Shown here: positions 10,110 to 21,000 of the stretch, one piece after another | Layout: every line of letters begins with the position of its first letter | Position numbering within the stretch: position 1 is the stretch's first letter | Virus record (IMG/VR): IMGVR_UViG_3300020180_000003 | Coordinates: 14-64,013 of that record | DNA length: 64,000 nt | Source of the DNA: a virus | Lineage: Duplodnaviria > Caudoviricetes | Direction: 5' to 3' (one strand) | Translations under genes and position numbers: made by a program | Notes under the pieces: model-generated | Database searches by the model: none | What the model saw: the letters and a program-made list of their open reading frames with translations, nothing else | What the model was told of the DNA's origin: nothing

Positions 10110-10585
10110 TCACACTTACGACAAACAGTCGTTTCGATGATTTAGAAAAACTGATTGACCGTATCAATCGCCCTGGCTCCGGCAACACGCGCAAAATCGC
10201 GGACGCCATTACGCAGGGTTTTCAGGACAATTTCACGCGCCAATCATCGGGCGCTGGGCCGTGGGCACGGCTGGCAGCGGCAACGATTACCGACCGGCGA
10301 CGGAAGGGCTTTGGCGCTGGACCAATACTTGTGCGTACGGGCGGGTTACGTGCTGGCTATGTCAGCCGTGGCGCACCGAACCACCATGAGCGCATTTGGC
10401 AGAGCGCAATTGGCCTAACGATTGAGGGAGGCAGCGCAGATGAACGGGTTGCACTATTCCACGAGCGCGGCACTTCCAGGATGCCGGCACGCCCCATCAG
10501 CCTACTGGGTGAGTCGTCTGAGGCGCGGATCATCGATACGATAGAATACGTGCTTGGGCAAGTTGACAGAGAGTTTACGCGCTAA
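10106..10585 (+). CDS. Virion morphogenesis/neck protein (Mu gpG/P2 gpS-like)
   Basis: PWARLAAAT...ILVRTGGLR...FHERGTSRMPARP motifs. Confidence 0.8.
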   Translation: MITLTTNSRFDDLEKLIDRINRPGSGNTRKIADAITQGFQDNFTRQSSGAGPWARLAAATITDRRRKGFGAGPILVRTGGLRAGYVSRGAPNHHERIWQSAIGLTIEGGSADERVALFHERGTSRMPARPISLLGESSEARIIDTIEYVLGQVDREFTR

Positions 10586-13500
10586 ATGGCTAGAGAACTG
10601 ATATACCGCGTATCTATAAACACATCCGACGCCAAACGGCAGGCGGCGAATATTCGCGCCACGTTTGAATCAGAGTTGCGTAAGATCACGGTTGGCAAAC
10701 TTGACACATCCTCACTGAAAGCTGCCACCAACCAAGCCAAGCTATACGGCGATGAACTGAAAAAAGCGGCACAGGTGAAAGCTGGCGAGATAGACACATC
10801 GCACTTGCAGCGGGCCACAGGCGAAGCGCAGCGACTGCGTGCGGAGATGGAACGAGCGGGTGCCGCGGCTAGTGATATCAAGGTGGCACCCATCAGTAAC
10901 GCAGGCGGCGCGGGCATTGGCGGCGCGGGCATTGGCGGCGGTGCGTTGGCTGGCCTGGGCGGTGCGTTGGCTGGTGGCCTTGCGGTGGGCGGGGCAGTTA
11001 CAGCACTCAAGACGCTAGGCGGTGCCATTGATGGCGTGGCGCGGCGTGGCGCGATTCTTACGCAATTGAACGATGTGCTTGATAGCTATACCAAGAGCAT
11101 TGGAAGTAACTCCGAAGCATTTATATCAGCAGCGCGCAAGGCGTCCGCCGGTACGATTTCAAATTTCGATCTGATCCTTAACGCAAACCGGGCGATCCAA
11201 TTCGAGGTCGCTCAAACGGCTGAACAATATGCGCAACTAATCGAGCTATCCACGGCGCTGGGGCGTGCACAGGGGATCAGCGACACGCAGGCTCTGGAAT
11301 TCCTTACCACTGGGTTAGCGCGTGAATCGAGATTGATTCTTGATAACCTTGGGCTGATTATCAATGTGTCCAAGGCGAACGCGGATTACGCTGACTCAAT
11401 CGGGAAAACGTCTGACCAACTTACTACAGCGGAACGTAAGCAAGCGCTGTTGGCAGAGGCGGTCCGGCAGGGCGCTGTAGCGATTGAGGCAAATCGGAAT
11501 GCGTTTGATAGTGCAGCAACGCAGTACGAACGGTTTGATGCAAACGCCCAAAATCTAAAAGACTCCCTTGGCAAATTGGCTGCACGTATTTTGTCTATGC
11601 CTTTCGCCAAGGCGGCTGGTGCGCTCGAGGAGTATAACGAAAAGTATTTCCAGGGCGGTGTATCGGACGATACGCTTTTGCGACGCCGAGCCGAACTGCA
11701 AGCCGAAATAAACAAGATCGAGGCAGATGGGGGAAAATCGAATGTTCTAGGCATACAATTTGACGATGAAATGATTGGACGTGCCGAGACATACCGGGAT
11801 ACCATTGCTGAAATAGATATCCTGATCAGAAATATGAAATCGGCTGATCCGAATCCCATCACCGGGCCTAGCTTGGAAGATTTTCAACAGGGGTTTTCAA
11901 CTAAGAAGCTAACCTTTAGCGCGTCTGAAAACGCGGCCACCAATATTATTGCGCAGGAGAGCGAACAGATAGAGGCGGCACTAATTGCACGCGCCAAGCA
12001 AGCAGTCGCCAACCTGGGTGCGGAAGGCATAGCGTCTGTCACGGCGCAAATGCAATCTGTGCGAACACAGATGAATGCCGCCATTGACGAAATGATCGCA
12101 CGCGGACTCAGCGACCCGCAGCAGATATCTTTCGAGAGTACGGCACTAACTGAATCGCTGCTTGCCACATTCGATCAGCTTGAAGCCGCCGCCAGCATTG
12201 CCCCCACGCTTAATCTAGGCAATCTTGTTGCCGAATTTGACGCACTCGGTGCAGCGTCTGCCAACTTCGGCGCTGGCTTTGTGGATTTCCTGCCAGCAGT
12301 TGCGGCGGCGCGTGACGAGCTTTTTGAGCTTGGCAACGAGCTACTGACGACCGGCACACTCACCGACGAACAGGCGGCACGCCTTGAATATCTCTCGGCT
12401 GTGGCCTACAGCGTTAGCGATGGTACGTCGCATCTCGGGCAAGTCGTCAATGAACTTGGCAGCGCTTTCCTAGAAAGCAACGATCACGCGGCGGCGCTTG
12501 TAGGCAAGATGTTTGAGGTAGAAGCATCGTTTCGTGCTGGGCTTATTTCGGCTGATATTTATGCCGGTGTCACGGCGGCGCTAGGTGGCGATCTGCTGCT
12601 TCTGGCAAGTAACGCCGGTGTCGCTACGTCCGCGATTTGGGCATTGACACAGGCGCAATCTAATATGGCAAGCGCTGGCGCAATGCAGATTGGCGCGGGT
12701 ATTTCCGGTGGCATTCAGACACAGCAGGCTGCTAGCGCACGCGAGAATAACCGCAGAGAGTTAGATCGTGTTGCCAAAGCGGAAGCCGCCCAAGCGAAGC
12801 AGATCGCACGCCACCAGGAAAGCGCTGCGCGGTCAGCTGCGAGGACGACCGAGGGCTCGGCGCGGAAGGCAGGCAAGGAGCTAGAAAAGGGCGCAAAGAA
12901 AGCCTCGCAGGAACTAATCAGCGCGCTCAAGGGCGTTGAAGGCTTATTCAGCGCTAGCCAAGTCACCGAAGACGACATGAAGCTGGGCAGTGACTACACC
13001 GATAAGGCCGACGAATATCTACGCCGGTTACGGGACGAAGTAATCAACGGCGTCGATTGGGCGGATGTGTCTATTGAGGAGGCTAAGGCCGCAATCGAGG
13101 GCATCGGCGTCAACGCTGCTCAAACAAAAGAGGGCATCCTTGCCCAGTTTGAGCAACTGTGGAATAACCAAGCGCTGTTTTCCGACGCCGCAAACATTGA
13201 CAAATTTATCAATGATGAAGCGGTGCAACAGGCGTTGGATTTGCAGGAGAAGTCGGCGCAAGGCGAAAAGAACATTCTTGCTCATTTCGGCGTGGTTGTC
13301 GATGAGGCCGTCGATGCAGTGATAGCAGGCGCAAGCGGCGGTGGTGGTGGTGGCGGCGTTAGCTTTGCACCATTACAGCTAGATCCGATTGAACCGGCAA
13401 AGCTGATTGACGTAGATCTGCTTACTGATGGCGTGCAGGACGGACTAACCGACTACGTGGGCCGTGCGGCGTCCAGTATACGAAAAGTTTTCACGGACGC

Positions 13501-15049
13501 CAAAGAGCCTGTGCTTGATACCAATCGATTATTTGGTGGCATTGGTGGGAAGATCGGCAGCACGCTGCAAGAGCGAAAGGCGCAAGCAGAAGTCGTGATC
13601 ACGGCCTCGCCTGCTGCTGCACAGATCGGCGCATATCTGGCAAAAGAGGACAGCGCAGCCGGAATCAACCTCACGCCAACATTCGACGCCGTGGCTGCAC
13701 AGGCTGAACTCGATAAGCTAGAACTTACCCTAGCGATAAAGCCGACCTTGGCTGTCGATTCGGGTGAGGCACTGGCGCGAGAACTAGGCGACCAACTATC
13801 GAAACAGTCCGCCACGCTGGTGTCGCACGGCACGAACATTGGCGGCAATCTCAAGACGGGCCTGATTGCAGCGTTAGGGCTGGGCAAAGACGACGAAGCT
13901 GTAAAAGTCGATATTGCTGGATTGATTGGCGGCAACCTACAGGCGCAACAAGCGCGCTTTAGTGGGCAAGGCGAAACTATCGGCGGGCTACTGAAAGCGG
14001 GCATCGCAAAAGCCTTTGCCAACACAGACACGGCAGGCTTGCAGGACGAACTCGACAAGCTGGATTTGAAAGCAGAAATCAAGGCCAGCCTCAGTGCGGA
14101 AAATCTATTGACGATTAACGGCTTGATCACTGCGCTGACGCCTACGATTAAAGCAAAGGTAAGCCTCAGTGCGGAAAATCTATTGACGATTAACGGCATC
14201 GTCACTGCGTTGACGCCTACGATTAAAGCAAAAATCAAATTGGATGCCGAAAACATAATTGGCACCAACGGTTTGATTGCAGGGTTGACGCCGGGGATCG
14301 TTCCGTCCATTACCGCGTTTACGATAGCCGAGGGCGTGCGCCCTGCTGATGTCGGCGTGTTGGGGGTGCTAAACCAGTTCGCTATTGATGAAACGGCATT
14401 ACGCAGTGCGGAACTGACTGTACCCGTGAAAATCAAACTAGAGGAACCGAAAGCCGAACCAGGCGTCGATCCGGCGAATGCGCCGAATGCAATTACACCA
14501 CTCATTACAGGCATCAACACGCAGATCCGCGCTAGTACGGAAGGCCTCAAGCGCGAGGGTGCTACGGTGGCACAAATCATTATCGCTGGCATCATTGCTC
14601 ACTGGCAGGCTGGAGCCGGTGCGGAAGGTGACGGGGTTGGCGCGATTGCGGCGGCGCTGATGACGAATGTAGCCACGCAGTTCACCACCTCGCAGAATAT
14701 GTTTTATGCGCTGGGTTTCATTCCGGCGGGCAGTGTAGAAAGCGGCTTCAAAGCATACGTGTACACCGGCATGGATAGCGGTATTCTGGATAGCATCACC
14801 AATGGTATTCGCACCAATGCGGAGAATTATCAGCAGCGCGGCGCAACGATTGGCAACTACGTGCAGCGCGGCTTGAACGATTCATTCAGCGGCGAAGTTG
14901 GCTTGTCGTTGGCCGTGGCCGCGGGTACCGCATGGGGCAGCGCTTTCCAGAGAGGCGTGTTAAACCAACTCGCCGCGGGCAGTGGCCTAGTGACGGCAAT
15001 CACTGATAAGGTACTGGAAGGCATCGCTACGGAAATGGAGCAGCCCTGA
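10586..15049 (+). CDS. Tape measure protein
   Basis: 1487 aa, Ala/Gly-rich and helical, TGLARESRLILDNLG motif. Confidence 0.9.
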   Translation: MARELIYRVSINTSDAKRQAANIRATFESELRKITVGKLDTSSLKAATNQAKLYGDELKKAAQVKAGEIDTSHLQRATGEAQRLRAEMERAGAAASDIKVAPISNAGGAGIGGAGIGGGALAGLGGALAGGLAVGGAVTALKTLGGAIDGVARRGAILTQLNDVLDSYTKSIGSNSEAFISAARKASAGTISNFDLILNANRAIQFEVAQTAEQYAQLIELSTALGRAQGISDTQALEFLTTGLARESRLILDNLGLIINVSKANADYADSIGKTSDQLTTAERKQALLAEAVRQGAVAIEANRNAFDSAATQYERFDANAQNLKDSLGKLAARILSMPFAKAAGALEEYNEKYFQGGVSDDTLLRRRAELQAEINKIEADGGKSNVLGIQFDDEMIGRAETYRDTIAEIDILIRNMKSADPNPITGPSLEDFQQGFSTKKLTFSASENAATNIIAQESEQIEAALIARAKQAVANLGAEGIASVTAQMQSVRTQMNAAIDEMIARGLSDPQQISFESTALTESLLATFDQLEAAASIAPTLNLGNLVAEFDALGAASANFGAGFVDFLPAVAAARDELFELGNELLTTGTLTDEQAARLEYLSAVAYSVSDGTSHLGQVVNELGSAFLESNDHAAALVGKMFEVEASFRAGLISADIYAGVTAALGGDLLLLASNAGVATSAIWALTQAQSNMASAGAMQIGAGISGGIQTQQAASARENNRRELDRVAKAEAAQAKQIARHQESAARSAARTTEGSARKAGKELEKGAKKASQELISALKGVEGLFSASQVTEDDMKLGSDYTDKADEYLRRLRDEVINGVDWADVSIEEAKAAIEGIGVNAAQTKEGILAQFEQLWNNQALFSDAANIDKFINDEAVQQALDLQEKSAQGEKNILAHFGVVVDEAVDAVIAGASGGGGGGGVSFAPLQLDPIEPAKLIDVDLLTDGVQDGLTDYVGRAASSIRKVFTDAKEPVLDTNRLFGGIGGKIGSTLQERKAQAEVVITASPAAAQIGAYLAKEDSAAGINLTPTFDAVAAQAELDKLELTLAIKPTLAVDSGEALARELGDQLSKQSATLVSHGTNIGGNLKTGLIAALGLGKDDEAVKVDIAGLIGGNLQAQQARFSGQGETIGGLLKAGIAKAFANTDTAGLQDELDKLDLKAEIKASLSAENLLTINGLITALTPTIKAKVSLSAENLLTINGIVTALTPTIKAKIKLDAENIIGTNGLIAGLTPGIVPSITAFTIAEGVRPADVGVLGVLNQFAIDETALRSAELTVPVKIKLEEPKAEPGVDPANAPNAITPLITGINTQIRASTEGLKREGATVAQIIIAGIIAHWQAGAGAEGDGVGAIAAALMTNVATQFTTSQNMFYALGFIPAGSVESGFKAYVYTGMDSGILDSITNGIRTNAENYQQRGATIGNYVQRGLNDSFSGEVGLSLAVAAGTAWGSAFQRGVLNQLAAGSGLVTAITDKVLEGIATEMEQP

Positions 15050-15390
15050 TGCACTTAGGTGGAACGACAATACCAGATAGTATTGGCAAGAGCGGGCGCT
15101 ATCTCATTAATAGAGAAGTTCTGCGCTACAACGGTGATGGTGAAGCGGTGACGGCCAACTATTCCATATTAGTATGGACATTCCCGCTGATGACCATCGT
15201 TGATTTTACTTGGATTGCTACCACGCTCCTCAGTGGCAATTACAGCGTGAAATACACGAGCGCCAGCCTAAAAAGTGATCTAGGCGCCGACACCAGCTAC
15301 ACCAACGCCGTCGCCTACCGGCCTACCTATGGCGTTGCCACTGGTGGCTGGCTGGCTGATGTCACATGGGAGATCAAGCGCATCCGCTGA
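15049..15390 (+). CDS. Putative distal tail protein
   Basis: Small ORF directly after TMP. Confidence 0.5.
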   Translation: MHLGGTTIPDSIGKSGRYLINREVLRYNGDGEAVTANYSILVWTFPLMTIVDFTWIATTLLSGNYSVKYTSASLKSDLGADTSYTNAVAYRPTYGVATGGWLADVTWEIKRIR

Positions 15391-18056
15391 TGGCTACACT
15401 TACCGAAGCTAATTTTCGCATGTGGATTGGCCCACATCATACACATATCAACTGGTCAACGCTCAATCTTGGCGCGTCTTTCGTGCCTACCACCACGACC
15501 ACCACCGGCCAAATTAGTGGCGCAACATCACTGGTGTTGGCGTCTGCCACCGGCGTCACCGTACCAGGTGGCGCATGGGTGGGGCCAAACGGCAGTGGGC
15601 AGGGTTGGGAATATGAGCAGATCTTGTCTGGCGCGGGCAATACGAAAACAGTCGTTCGAGAATCAATTACCGACCGCGAGCATAACGGCATCCATACGAA
15701 CGGTGCCGCCGTGCATCAATGGTATCCCGGCACCACGAATGACGGCGTGCTGAGCGCTACTGACGAATGTGACGACACGGTGACGACCATCACCTATCGC
15801 GCTACTGTGTCCGGTGTGCGTGCCCCGCAGCACGTCTTACGCAACGGGCATGTCGTTGTAATTACCACATCCACTGATGGCGGCGCGTACACAATCGCGC
15901 TACTTGGCTTTGTGGACTCACCGACGATCACCGACGACATGTACAACAACGCCGAATGGACGCTGAACATTATTTCAGCGGCAGGGCTGGCGGCAGAAAT
16001 AGAAGCGAATGGTGTGCGGGTTGGTGATGCTGATTTGGCTGATGCCGGTAACGCGTCATCCTCGCAGGAACTCGTGCTAGCCTTTGACGAGCGCGCCAGT
16101 GGCGACTACACAGCCGCTGCGCCAGATTTTAGCGCCGCCAGTGCTGTCGATAATGACCTATCGACACTCTGGATTGCTGAGCACTACACTGGCACAGACA
16201 TTTGGAGCACCACAGCGAACAGCGATCCGGAAAATGGCTACCCGCTGCGCTTCTCACAAATCTACATCAATCCACCAGCTAGCGCGCCACCTGGAGCGAA
16301 GTTTATTGAGTTGGCAGTCGTGTCATCGTTAAATGTCGTTGGCTATAACATTTATAGTGCCAACGGGGCGCTACCTTTGGCCGCGTGGTATTTCAAGGGG
16401 CCGGGCGATCTAGAGCCGCGTGCGCGGATTATTCTAGCGGAGGATGCGGCCGTATTCAGTCAGATGAATCCACTAGCCGAGACAGCAGCCATCTACGAGA
16501 ATAAAATATTCTTCGCAGGCATCCAATCGAGTGGCGGTGAATTTTGGTTGCGCTTTGGGCCAACAAATTCGTGGCAAGCGCGCGTGCGCTGGGGCGATGG
16601 CAACGGGCTTGTCGATCATGAGGACTCGCCGTCTAGATCATGGACAGGTTCTACGCTGACTGTACCAGCGTTAGGCCAGACGATGCGTTATCTATTCAAC
16701 CACACAACAGGCACCGCATCAGCCTACTGGCAGACAGGCATGGTGCGTCACGCTGGCTATGATGTGGATGACGACGATCCGATTTGGATACTAAACACGC
16801 TGCCGGGATTGGGCTTGACGCTAGCGCAGGACATTTCATCTGCTCTGACGGGTGCCGGGAAAATCTACATCAACGGCCCCGATGATAAATACAGCACGGA
16901 CGGATTGCCGCCATCTGGCAATGTGATGATTGGTGATGAAATTATTTTCTATGGAGCGAAAACCACCGAATATCTCACCACCCTCACGCGTGCTAATTCG
17001 AGTACAACAGCAGCCGCGCACAAGGCCAAAGATGAGGTATTCGTCCTTGACGGCAGCACACCGACTGACGCCTATCTGATTAAAGAGATCGGGTGGGAGC
17101 GTTCCAACGGCACGATCTACCCAAAGAATTTCGTTGTACGTGCTTCAAATCTGATCAACACACCACGCACGCCGGACCAGGACAATTACACAGACGATTA
17201 TCATCTTGGCTATAGCGGAACTGACAACACTGCCGCAAGCTGGTCAGTACCGCTCTATGGGCAGCGCGTCAAGCATGTATTGATTGAGATCCTCAGCATG
17301 ACGACGAACCCAGCGCGCCCGCGGCTGAATGAGATCAACGCGATTGTCGATCCGGCATTGCACAATCCAGATTTGTGGTTAGCGTCCGGTACGACTGCCG
17401 GCGCATTGATTCAGAAGGTTCTAGAAATGGCAGGAATTCCCTCCGGTGCCATCTCGCACAGTGGCACGCCCGCGATTGCAAATACCGTCACCGCCGATGA
17501 GAACACATGGACCGTCGTTACAGATCTGGCTGAGTATAGCGGGTGTCGCATTACGGTGACACGCGATAGCAAATTCGTCATCACCGCCGATACCTTCTGG
17601 ACGGGCACGCCGTCCATTCTCACAACCTGGAATCGCACCAGCGCGGTCAGCGTAATGCAATCATTCAGCAAAGGCACGCCGGTATCGCAGGTGATATTAC
17701 CGTGGAAAACGCCTAGCGGTGAAGCTGATGGCAAAATTTACTATCCAGAAATGCCGGGGCGCGGTACCAAGCTAGAACAGCCGGAAACACTATACGCGTC
17801 CGAAGCAGCGGCCACGAGTGCCGCGCGGCGTCTCTATTTTATGCGTCTCTACCCGTTTGAGTCAATGGTAACGGCCTCCGGCAGCGTACCAGACAAGCGC
17901 GCTGGCGAGGCACATCAGCTTGTCTGGCAGTTTGCCGATGATATGCAGTCGCTAGATAGGCTGTGTGTTTGTATGTCGGCAGAACACAGACTAGAAAAAG
18001 GCAGTTGGAGCAGCACTTTTAGATTGCGCCAGTACGGGCACGAAAGCAACTTATGA
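15390..18056 (+). CDS. Tail tip/baseplate hub protein
   Basis: About 888 aa beta-rich protein after the distal tail gene; coupled TGATG start. Confidence 0.6.
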   Translation: MATLTEANFRMWIGPHHTHINWSTLNLGASFVPTTTTTTGQISGATSLVLASATGVTVPGGAWVGPNGSGQGWEYEQILSGAGNTKTVVRESITDREHNGIHTNGAAVHQWYPGTTNDGVLSATDECDDTVTTITYRATVSGVRAPQHVLRNGHVVVITTSTDGGAYTIALLGFVDSPTITDDMYNNAEWTLNIISAAGLAAEIEANGVRVGDADLADAGNASSSQELVLAFDERASGDYTAAAPDFSAASAVDNDLSTLWIAEHYTGTDIWSTTANSDPENGYPLRFSQIYINPPASAPPGAKFIELAVVSSLNVVGYNIYSANGALPLAAWYFKGPGDLEPRARIILAEDAAVFSQMNPLAETAAIYENKIFFAGIQSSGGEFWLRFGPTNSWQARVRWGDGNGLVDHEDSPSRSWTGSTLTVPALGQTMRYLFNHTTGTASAYWQTGMVRHAGYDVDDDDPIWILNTLPGLGLTLAQDISSALTGAGKIYINGPDDKYSTDGLPPSGNVMIGDEIIFYGAKTTEYLTTLTRANSSTTAAAHKAKDEVFVLDGSTPTDAYLIKEIGWERSNGTIYPKNFVVRASNLINTPRTPDQDNYTDDYHLGYSGTDNTAASWSVPLYGQRVKHVLIEILSMTTNPARPRLNEINAIVDPALHNPDLWLASGTTAGALIQKVLEMAGIPSGAISHSGTPAIANTVTADENTWTVVTDLAEYSGCRITVTRDSKFVITADTFWTGTPSILTTWNRTSAVSVMQSFSKGTPVSQVILPWKTPSGEADGKIYYPEMPGRGTKLEQPETLYASEAAATSAARRLYFMRLYPFESMVTASGSVPDKRAGEAHQLVWQFADDMQSLDRLCVCMSAEHRLEKGSWSSTFRLRQYGHESNL

Positions 18057-21000
18057 CCTCAGCGACATTCAAGCGCAACGCGAAACGAATCAAAGACGCC
18101 ATCGCTGCCAAGACTGAGCCGAAGCAGACCACATCCATAGCGGGTGCAGTCGGTGGAACAAAACTGTTCATCGGCGGGCAAATATTCCCAGGCTCTATCA
18201 CAGGCACGCAGGAAGTTGTCAACGCAGGCCGTCCAGCGGCGGCGTCCTATGTGGCAAAAAATGGTGGCGGTGGCGGCAGTGTTTCCGTAAGTAGCGGTGG
18301 CGGAGCAGCATCTGTTTTGCCAACCACCGTGTATCTGCCGCGTGACGGCTCATTGTCCATGACTGGCAGTCTGGACATGGGCGAAAATAGTATTATCAAT
18401 GTTCAACGCGTAGACGGGCGCGACTTGCAGGCTGATGGCGTTATCCTGGACGGCATGAAAAACGCCGATGTGTTGGTGCTGACCGCCAACGCCGATTACA
18501 CGAATGAGCGCGTGTTGACTTTCAGCGCAGCTTTTACGACCGTGGATTCAGGCGCAAATAACGCATACACTGTTAGCATTGTGACGCCGCCAACATTGTC
18601 AGTTTCCTCAACCAACAACGGCACCACACGGTCCCATGCGATTACTACGTCAAGTAACCCGGGGGCGGCGGCTAGTATCCTGGCATCCAGTGCCGCGGGC
18701 ATGTTGACGCTACCAACATTCACGGCCAGCACGAAAGTGCGCACGCCACTACTGGATACGGCGTCAGGCAATATGACGATACAGCCAGCCGGTAATTTGA
18801 TTATCCGTGCTGGCGTCGGTGTTAGTCCGATTGCGCTTATTCCGTTTGAGCGTGATGCCGTATCCGAAACACGCATTGGATCGGATGACTATGCTAGCCA
18901 AACGACAGGCTGGGCAATCGAGCATTACGGCGGGGGTGACTTCCGCTATCTCTACACTGACGAAATGCACGCGAAGGTATTCATTGCCGATTTGGAGCAA
19001 GCGCTAGCCGGTGGGCAGATCATTGCCAAGTCGGTGACGTTGCTGTTCCTTGTGTTTACGGCTCCGGCAGCGGGTGGCACTACAACATTGACGGTTCGCG
19101 ATTTGCCTAGCGCCACGGGGATGGCCGTCTTTCAAAATGGCGATATGATTCGCCTGCGCAACTTTAGCCGTGCTGGTGGTAGCCTGGACATTTCCGATTG
19201 TTGGGGTATTGCCACGCTCGATACTAGCTATGGGACAGGCGGTTTCGACTCTACCACCAAATCGCAACGATACACCTTTGTGCGATCTAGCGGTAGCTAT
19301 GCGGGCCACATGACGACGGGGACTACAGTGCAGCCGGAAAGTATTGTACTGGACTACGGCATCAGTGGCAATGGCTACTATGAAGTCAATGCGATTGATG
19401 GTTACTACGCTGCCAACTCACCTTACGCGCAAATCGTAACCTGGACGGTTCATCCCGCAGCTACGGCACCAGGAACCGGGCTAAAGATAAAGGCGCGTCT
19501 TGGCAACCTAGTAGGCATTACCGATGTTAACCTAAACCCTACGGGCTACGGGTTGTATTCTGAGAATACCTATTTAAAGGGCGACTTTCTCACCGGCGAT
19601 GGTGTGATTCGCATGTACAACGCGACCGGCATCAATATTCTACAAGACGTGTGGAGCAGTTGGGACAACAAGCGCGCTGTGCAATGGTGGCCTGATATTA
19701 CGAGCGTGTCCGGCGATCCATCGTTGAGTATCTACACCGGCAAGGTTGTCGGCGGCTTTACAGCCAATCAGAATTTCAGTTATATCGACGCTAATCCAAC
19801 GGGCAATGTTTTGGCTGGGCTATCACTCTCGGCGTTCGGACAAGGTACGGCATCGGATGCCATTGTCTACATTGAAGGCGGGAGTCAGTCGCTTGGCACG
19901 ACACCGACAATTACACTGACGGCGACGACTATCGAAGCGGTTGGCACACTCGCCATCACCGGCAACATCACCGTCACGGGCACTGTTGACGGCGTGGACA
20001 TATCCGCATTTAAGGCAACTTACGATAGTCACACCCATGACAGCACGTATCTAAAATTGATTGGTGGCACGCTGACCGGCACCTTGACCAGTCGTACGGT
20101 GGCACCATCAGCGAACAATACCTATGATATTGGTACAACCGGCAACTACTTTAATTATGCCTATATCCGTAATCTCGTAGTCGATACGGTGGTCGGCACG
20201 CCTACCTATAGCCATACCCATGCAGCCGGTGACATTACCAGTGGCACGCTGGCATCTGCAAGAATCCCCGACCTCTACGTTTTGACGGCGGGCGACACAA
20301 TGAGCGGCGCTCTGGTCATCGATGCAGACACCGGCACCACATCCAATTATGTGCGCTGGCTGACACAGACATCAACTGGCAAAGCCTGGGACATGATCGG
20401 GCGCGCTCACGACTACGCCACTAGCGCACAGCAGAACGACCTACTACTGACCTACTACGATGGCGCAACCATTTACGTTGCGCTGCAATTCGACAGCGGT
20501 ACGCGGGTGGCTGATTTCCTCAATACGCCAACGGTTGCAGGCACGGCGGTCAGTCTGTCCACGCATAATCACGACGCGGCTTATGTGCCGGTAGCGCGCA
20601 CTGTCACTGCTGGAGCGGGATTGACTGGCGGCGGCTCTCTCTCTGCTAATATCACCATCAGCCATAACGACACAAGCACTCAGGCATCCGTCACAAACAC
20701 CACTTCGCTTATTCGGGATGTCACGCTCGATACATACGGACACGTCACCGCGCTTGTCTCCGCGACTGTCCTATCAATCGCTCCCGAATTGCATCTTGGT
20801 GCTAGTTCCACAGCCGGAACATTGGACTGGAATGACGTGTCCAACACAAAGCCCAATAGCGGAAGCACCCTTCTGAGGGGGACTGCGGCTAACGCGATGG
20901 GCGGATTGGGTTATTATCACCCTATCAACTTTGAGTATGCCACAAAGAACGGCACGGGCAACGTCACGCAATGGGCAGTGCCCTACAGTAATGATTCATT

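Noticed and set aside
13453-14595. Long antisense ORFs (also 59884..60621, 49694..50329, 31749..32453)
   Set aside because: They are shadow frames of Ala/Gly-rich or repetitive genes on the other strand.
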